Part shown: positions 57,945 through 64,000 of the stretch, in pieces
Position numbering within the stretch: position 1 is the stretch's first letter
Layout: every line of letters begins with the position of its first letter
Source: Nitrospirota bacterium
Lineage (GTDB): Bacteria > Nitrospirota > Thermodesulfovibrionia > Thermodesulfovibrionales > JdFR-86
Direction of reading: 5' to 3'
Assembly (NCBI GenBank): GCA_037386965.1
Contig: JARRLN010000001.1
Location: forward strand, 5,323 to 69,322
DNA: 64,000 nucleotides
Program-made: the position numbers and the translations under genes
Notes under the pieces: generated by a model
What the model was told of the DNA's origin: nothing
The model's input: only the letters and a program-made list of their open reading frames with translations
Databases searched by the model: none

Positions 57945-59136
57945 TTATTCGTATCTCAGGGCGACGATGGGGTCGTAGCGGGCTGCCTTCCGGGCTGGGT
58001 AGACGCCGAAGAAGACACCCACGGCCACGGAGAAGAAAAAGGCCAGCACCACGGACCAGAGCTGCAGATGGGTGGGCAGGTAAGAGACAAAGTACGGAAG
58101 CACGGTTGCCAGGCCGCCCCCGAGCACGATTCCGGCGGAGCCTCCCAGAACGCTCAGGGTGACGGACTCCACCAGGAACTGCAGAAGGATGTCCGAGTTC
58201 CGGGCCCCCATGGCTTTCCGGATGCCGATTTCCCTGGTGCGCTCCCGCACCGAGACGAGCATGATGTTCATAATGCCGATGCCGCCCACCAGAAGGGAGA
58301 TTGCGGCGATGCCGGCCAGGACCGCGGTCATGATGGCCAGTATCTTGTTCATCACGCTGAGCATCTCGTCCTGGCTCAGGATGGTGAAGTCCTCCCTGCC
58401 GGCGTGCCTCCTGGTCAGTATCTCGGTTATCTCCTTCTTGGCCCTCTTTATGTACTCCGGCCCACGGACTTTGACCGTGATGTTCAGGAGGGCGTCGGTA
58501 TCAAAGAGCTCCCGGGCCGCCGTGACCGGGATAAAGACCACGTCATCGAGGTCGCTGCCCAGGGTGACGCCCTTCTTCTCCATCACGCCCACGACCCGGT
58601 ACTTGGCGTCCCCCAGGGTAACGATGGCCCCCAGGGGGTTCTGGTCCCCCAGGATCTCCCTCTTGACCGTGCGCCCCAGAACGCAGACCTTGCGGCTGGC
58701 CTCCACCTCGGAGCGCGTGAAGGGCCTCCCGACCTCGATGCCCAGGTTCCTGACGGGGAAATACTTCTCCGTGGCCCCCACGATGTAGGTGTCCCGGGAG
58801 CGGCCGTCGTGCTTTATCCAGGATGTGCCGAGCATTACGGGGACCGCTTCCTCCACGCTTCCGGAGCGCTTTTCCAGGAGCACGGCGTCGTCATAGACCA
58901 GTTTCCTTACCGAGGAGGTCCCCATGTGCATGCCTCCTTCCTTGGAGGTCTTTCCCGGCACGACGATAAGGATGTTGGAGCCCAGCTCCCCCAGTTCCTG
59001 CTTGATGTAGCTGCGGGCCCCCTCGCCGATGGACACCAGCAGAATGACCGCGGCTACCCCTATGATGACGCCCAGCATGGTCAGGACGCTCCGCATCCTG
59101 TTTACGCGGAGGGAGTCGCCGGAAATCCTCAGGGTC

Positions 59137-59150
<14 letters not shown>
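57945..59150 (-). CDS. ABC transporter permease, MacB/FtsX family
   Basis: It has an N-terminal TM helix, a large periplasmic domain and a C-terminal FtsX domain (GGIGIMNIMLVSVRERTREIGIRKAMGA). Confidence 0.85.
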
Positions 59151-59804
<654 letters not shown>

Positions 59805-59808
<4 letters not shown>

Positions 59809-61034
59809 CCTTCCGCCCTTACCCTGGCCCCCGCCTTGAGCCCCGGCACGTCGGGGTTGACGATAACCACGTCCTCCGGGCTCAGGCCCGAAAGGACCTG
59901 GGTATGGGTCCAGTCCGAAAGGCCCACGGTGACCTCCCGGAGGGCGGCCCTGTCGCCGTCCTTTACGTAGACGAACTTCTTTCCGTCCCTGTCCACCACG
60001 GCCTGGGACTCGATGACCAGGGCGTCCTGGACCGTCTCGACGACAATCTCCGTGTCGGCGGACATCCCCGTCTTGAGCACCACGGTGGGGTCCTTGAGCC
60101 GGGTCCTCACCTCGAAGGTCCTGCTCTCCAGCCGTCCGCCCGTGACCACCGGGGAAATCCTGTAAACCTCGCCCCGAAAGGTGCGGCCGGGATAGGCGTC
60201 CATGGTCACCCGGACGGGCTGGCCCACCCTGACCTTCCCCACGTCAGCCTCGTCTACGAAGGACTCTATGTAGAGGGATTCGGGGGAAATCATGGCCGCC
60301 ACCAGGGTCCCCTTGGTCACGGTCTGCCCCAGGTCCACGGGCCTTTCGGTCACAATGCCGGAGATGGGGGCCTTGATGAAGGAGTACTGGTAGGTGAGCC
60401 GGGCCAGCTCGAGGTTCTTTCCGGCCTCCCGGACAGCCGCCCGCTGGGCGCGTATCTCGTCCTTGCGGGCCTGAAGAAGGCTCTTGCGCGAAAGGGCGTT
60501 CTGAAGCGCGGACTCGGCCACCTGGTACTCCCGCTGCACGGCGGCCATGTCCAGGTCCGAGAAGAAACCCTTCTTCTGAAGCTCCTGGAGCTTCTGGTGG
60601 CGCGCCCGGACTTCCTTCAGCTCGGCCTGCGCCTTCTCGATGCCTGTTTCCACCTCCACCTGAAACGCCTCGTAGGAGGCGCGCATCTGCTGGAGAGAGG
60701 CCCGGGCCCTCGCACGGGCGGCCTCTGCGAGCTCCAGATTGAGCCGGGCCTCCACGGGGTCGATCTCGGCGATGGTGTCCCCCTCCTTGAGGATGTCACC
60801 CTCCACCACAGGGAGCGAGGAGAGCCTGCCCGTGCGCTGGGCGGTTATCTTTACCTCTGTGTCCGCCCGGATGGTGCCCGTGGAGGTGGCCGTCACGGTA
60901 AGGGCGAAGTCGCGCCTTTCGACGGGCTGGGTTTTTACCTCTACGGTGACGTGCGTCCTTGTGTAGACGAGAAACCCCAGGGCGGCCAGGGCGATGAGGA
61001 TGAGCCAGAAGCCCGTTCTTTTATATATTTTCAT
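59805..61034 (-). CDS. Efflux transporter periplasmic adaptor subunit (HlyD/MacA membrane fusion family)
   Basis: It has an N-terminal anchor, a lipoyl-like/coiled-coil hairpin and a beta-barrel domain pattern. Translational coupling (ATGA-type overlaps) runs through the three-gene operon. Confidence 0.85.
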
Positions 61035-61037
61035 CCG

Positions 61038-62486
61038 CTACTTCTTCCAGAACCTCGGCACAAAGAGAACTATCACGGTGTAGACCTCGAGCCTGCCGGC
61101 CAGCATGCAGAAAATCAGTACCCATTTCCCCGCTGCGGGCAACCCGGCATAATTCTCCGCGGGGCCGGCCGCACCCAGGGCCGGGCCCACGTTGCTCATG
61201 GCCGATACGACCGTGGAAGCGCTGGTCACGAGGTCCAGCCCGAGGGCGGTCATCGCCAGGATTGCCAGCGCATAGATGGTGAGGAACAGAAACAGAAACC
61301 CCCAGATGCTTCCCAGCACCTCCTTCGGCACGAACCGCCGGTCCAGCTTCATCGTGGTGACCGCATGGGGGTGGATAAGCTGGTAGAGCTCCCGATAGCC
61401 CTGCTTGAGCATCAGGAGGACCCGCACCTGTTTCATCCCCCCGCCGGTGGAACCGACCATGCTTCCAAAGAACATGAGCAACACAAGGAGCGCCTGGACG
61501 AAAGGCGGCCAGAGCCCGTAGTCCGCCGTGGTATATCCCGTCGTGGTCATGACCGAAACGACCTGAAAGGCCGCGTATCTGACGGACGTAATTATATTTT
61601 CGTATTCCGAGCCGGCAATTTTCAAGGTCACCAGCACGATGGCCACCAGGGTGACGGTGACGTAGAACCGGAACTCACTGCTTCGCCAGAACCGGGAGAG
61701 CTCTCCGCGGAACCCGCGGAAGTACAGCGTGTAGTTGACGCCCGCCATGAACATGAAAAGCGTGGCCACGACGTCGATGAAGGGGCTTCGATAGGAGGCC
61801 AGGCTTGCGTTTCTGGTGGAGAACCCGCCCGTGGCCAAGGTGGTGAAGGCATGGCAGAAGGCGTCATAGAGGTCCATGCCCCCTGCCGCATACAGGAGCA
61901 CGGCCAGGCCCGTCAGGGCGGCGTAGATGTACCAGAGGGCCTTGGCCGTATCGATGATGCGGGGGCGGAGCTTGTCCACCGTCACCTCCGGCACCTCTGC
62001 CTTGAAAAGCTGCATCGCCCCGCTTCCCACCAGAGGCAGGACGGCCAAAGCGAAGAGAATGATGCCCATCCCCCCTATCCACTGGGTGAGATGCCGCCAG
62101 AAGAGTATCCCCCGCGGCATGCCCTCTATGTCGGTCACCACGGTGGCCCCCGTGGTGGTAAACCCGGCCATCGCCTCGAAATAGGCGTCGGTGAAGGAAG
62201 GGAGGTCCCCCGAGAGCACGTACGGCAGGGAGCCCAGCAGACTGGCCACCAGCCAGCTCAGGGTGACCACGGCGAAGACGTCGCGGTGCCGGAGGCTCTC
62301 CTTCCTGTGCTTCCGGGTAAGGACATAGAGGAGGGCGCCGCCCAGGAGGCAGAGTCCGAAAGTGACCAGGAGCGCCTGGATGCCGGGCTGCGCGCCCAGG
62401 GAGGAGATGGCCACCGGAACGACGAGGAAGAGAGAAAGGATAAGCAGGACCGAACCGATGAAGTTCAGGATGAGGGGAAGGTTCAT
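61038..62486 (-). CDS. trkH: Trk-type potassium uptake protein, membrane subunit
   Basis: ATG 62486, preceded by GGAGGAG, gives MNLPLILNFIGSVLLILSLFL. It is multi-pass with TrkH motifs (GFTTTGATV, TTGYTTADY, GSTGGGMK). The listed start at 62771 overlaps trkA in another frame. Confidence 0.9.
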   Translation of the reverse strand: MNLPLILNFIGSVLLILSLFLVVPVAISSLGAQPGIQALLVTFGLCLLGGALLYVLTRKHRKESLRHRDVFAVVTLSWLVASLLGSLPYVLSGDLPSFTDAYFEAMAGFTTTGATVVTDIEGMPRGILFWRHLTQWIGGMGIILFALAVLPLVGSGAMQLFKAEVPEVTVDKLRPRIIDTAKALWYIYAALTGLAVLLYAAGGMDLYDAFCHAFTTLATGGFSTRNASLASYRSPFIDVVATLFMFMAGVNYTLYFRGFRGELSRFWRSSEFRFYVTVTLVAIVLVTLKIAGSEYENIITSVRYAAFQVVSVMTTTGYTTADYGLWPPFVQALLVLLMFFGSMVGSTGGGMKQVRVLLMLKQGYRELYQLIHPHAVTTMKLDRRFVPKEVLGSIWGFLFLFLTIYALAILAMTALGLDLVTSASTVVSAMSNVGPALGAAGPAENYAGLPAAGKWVLIFCMLAGRLEVYTVIVLFVPRFWKK

Positions 62487-62502
62487 CTCCTCCGGGCCCG
62501 TC

Positions 62503-63849
62503 TCACTCCAGGAGGCTCTCCACGTTCTTGATCGATTCCCGCAGGGTGAAGAAGATGAGCTTGTCGCCCTCGTGCACGGTGTCCTGGCCCGAGGGGATGA
62601 TGATCTTGTTGTCCTCCCGGACGATGGCCCCCACCAGGGCGGACTTGGGCAGCCGGACGTCCTTGAGCTGCTTGTTGATGAGGGCCGAGGAGCCCCCGAT
62701 GCGCGCCTCAAGGATCTCGGCCTTGTCATCGGCCACGGAGGTGATGGAAAGGATGTCCCCCCGCCGGACATATTTCAGGATGGAGCTTGCCGTGATGACG
62801 CGGGGGCTCAGGACGGCCTGAAGCCCCAGGCCGCGCGCCAGGGCGAGATAGTCCGGCCTGTTGACGATGGTGATGGTCTTTTTGGCCCCGAGGCGCTTGG
62901 CCAGGAGGGAGGACATTATGTTCAGCTCCTCGTTGTTGGAGACCGAGACGAAGGCATCCATGTCGGCGATATTCTCCTCCTTGAGCAGCGCCTCGTCGGA
63001 GCCGTCCCCATGAAGGACGATAGCCTTTCTCAGGCTCCGGCTGATGAACTTGGACCTTCCGGCGTCCCTCTCGATGACCTTTACATCGGCGCGGGACTCC
63101 ATGGCGGCGGCCACCGCCAGGCCCACCCGTCCGCCGCCGGCTATCATGATTTTCTTGGCCGGTTTGGTGGAGGCCCCGAGGAAGCGGATGGCATCGCCCA
63201 CCTCCCATTTTTTCACGGGCATGTGGATGACGTCCTCGGGGAGGATAACGTCATCGCCCGTGGGGATGATGACGGTGCCGTCCCTCTCGATGATGCCGAT
63301 GAGGAACTTCTTGGGAGGCACCAGGTCGCGTATGCTTTTCAGGGGCTTGCCGGTGATGGCCGAGTCATTCGGCATCCGGAACCCCACGACCTTGATGAGG
63401 CCCTCCTCGAAGTCCTCCACATCGGTGGCGAAGGGAGTTTCCAGGAGGCGGACGACCGCCCCGGCCACCTCCATCTCGGGGCTGATGGCCGGGTCTATGT
63501 CCAGGTGCTCCTTGCTCAGGAGCTTCTCGTTGCGGAAATACTCGGGGTTGCGGAGGCGGGCTATCTTGCGGGGAATGGCGAACATGGCCTTGCCCAGCAT
63601 GCAGGCTATCATGTTCGTCTCGTCGCTGTCGGTGACAGCCAGGAGGATGTCGGCGTTTTCCGCACCCGCTTCCTTGAGCCCGGAGGGCGAACACCCGTCG
63701 GCCACCACCGTGCCCACGTCCACCTCTTCGCTGATCCTTTCGAGCTTGGCCGCGTCGCGGTCCACCACCACCACGTCCTGTTTCTCCAGGGCCAGGAACT
63801 TGGTGACCTGGTAGCCCACCTCTCCGGCGCCGACGACAATTACGCGCAT
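62503..63849 (-). CDS. trkA: Trk system potassium uptake protein TrkA (two RCK/NAD-binding domains)
   Basis: It starts MRVIVVGAGEVGYQV and has a second Rossmann motif (IMIAGGGRVGLAVA). It is 448 aa. Confidence 0.9.
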   Translation of the reverse strand: MRVIVVGAGEVGYQVTKFLALEKQDVVVVDRDAAKLERISEEVDVGTVVADGCSPSGLKEAGAENADILLAVTDSDETNMIACMLGKAMFAIPRKIARLRNPEYFRNEKLLSKEHLDIDPAISPEMEVAGAVVRLLETPFATDVEDFEEGLIKVVGFRMPNDSAITGKPLKSIRDLVPPKKFLIGIIERDGTVIIPTGDDVILPEDVIHMPVKKWEVGDAIRFLGASTKPAKKIMIAGGGRVGLAVAAAMESRADVKVIERDAGRSKFISRSLRKAIVLHGDGSDEALLKEENIADMDAFVSVSNNEELNIMSSLLAKRLGAKKTITIVNRPDYLALARGLGLQAVLSPRVITASSILKYVRRGDILSITSVADDKAEILEARIGGSSALINKQLKDVRLPKSALVGAIVREDNKIIIPSGQDTVHEGDKLIFFTLRESIKNVESLLE

Positions 63850-63882
63850 AGCTGATTATATATCACTTTTGCCTCTCCGGGC

Positions 63883-64000
63883 TCAACGGAGGAAAACCTC
63901 CGCCGCGGTGAAAAAGAGGACCGTCACGCTGATATAGCCGTTCATGTTGAAGAAGGCCATGTCCAGCCTGCTCAGGTCGTCGGCGCGCACCAAGGAGTGC
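63883..64000 (-). CDS. 3' end of an unidentified membrane-protein gene continuing beyond the window
   Basis: The open frame to the window edge ends ...HSLVRADDLSRLDMAFFNMNGYISVTVLFFTAAEVFLR*. Only 38 codons are visible. Confidence 0.3.
   Translation of the reverse strand, partial: HSLVRADDLSRLDMAFFNMNGYISVTVLFFTAAEVFLR

Noticed and set aside
59904-62531. 875-aa plus-strand ORF across the HlyD-family and trkH genes
   Set aside because: This is a shadow ORF opposite two recognisable minus-strand genes, with extreme Gly/His/Arg/Pro content.
62487-62771. N-terminal 95 codons of listed ORF 61038..62771 (trkH)
   Set aside because: It overlaps the 3' part of trkA in another frame and is Ser/Pro/Arg-rich. 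ATG 62486 has a GGAGGAG Shine-Dalgarno and begins the first TM helix.

Overview
This is a GC-rich, gene-dense chromosomal segment from a diderm bacterium, judged from the BamA/TamB pair, sigma-54 activators and PEP-CTERM proteins. I could not assign a taxon from sequence alone. About 90% of the window is recognisable housekeeping. It includes copA, miaB/mtaB, a CCA/poly(A) nucleotidyltransferase, pmbA-queD-hpt-purN, glmU-glmS, uvrD/pcrA and gatC-panD. It also includes ribD, the thrS-infC-rpmI-rplT-pheS cluster, nifS, pnp-rpsO, mutS, gcvH-lpd, eno-ftsB, rlmN, tamB-bamA, a MacAB-type ABC efflux operon and trkAH. Many long ORFs in the track are antisense shadows of these genes, and several true genes start at internal codons of the listed ORFs. 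The one clearly accessory stretch is about 30.5-36.2 kb, which looks lower in G+C by eye (not computed) and has AT-rich spacers. It encodes two secreted PEP-CTERM-tagged proteins (a beta-propeller and a vWA protein) plus a secreted TPR protein. Both PEP-CTERM genes are preceded by matching GGGCAC-N5-TTGC sigma-54 promoter motifs and share a TTTTACAAAA decamer further upstream. The right-hand 3.8 kb of this stretch is bracketed by an exact 21-bp direct repeat of the 3' end of tRNA-Arg(ACG). That is the signature of integration into a tRNA gene, but no recombinase gene is present. No exosortase gene lies in the window. Other points worth a second look are non-AUG starts for infC (and possibly thrS), leaderless-type promoters at mutS, trkA and a CheY-like gene, and a sensor-less kinase/sigma-54 activator operon. 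There is also a 21-bp tandem repeat and an unrecognisable 468-aa protein between lpd and eno. I found no CRISPR array, rRNA or transposase.
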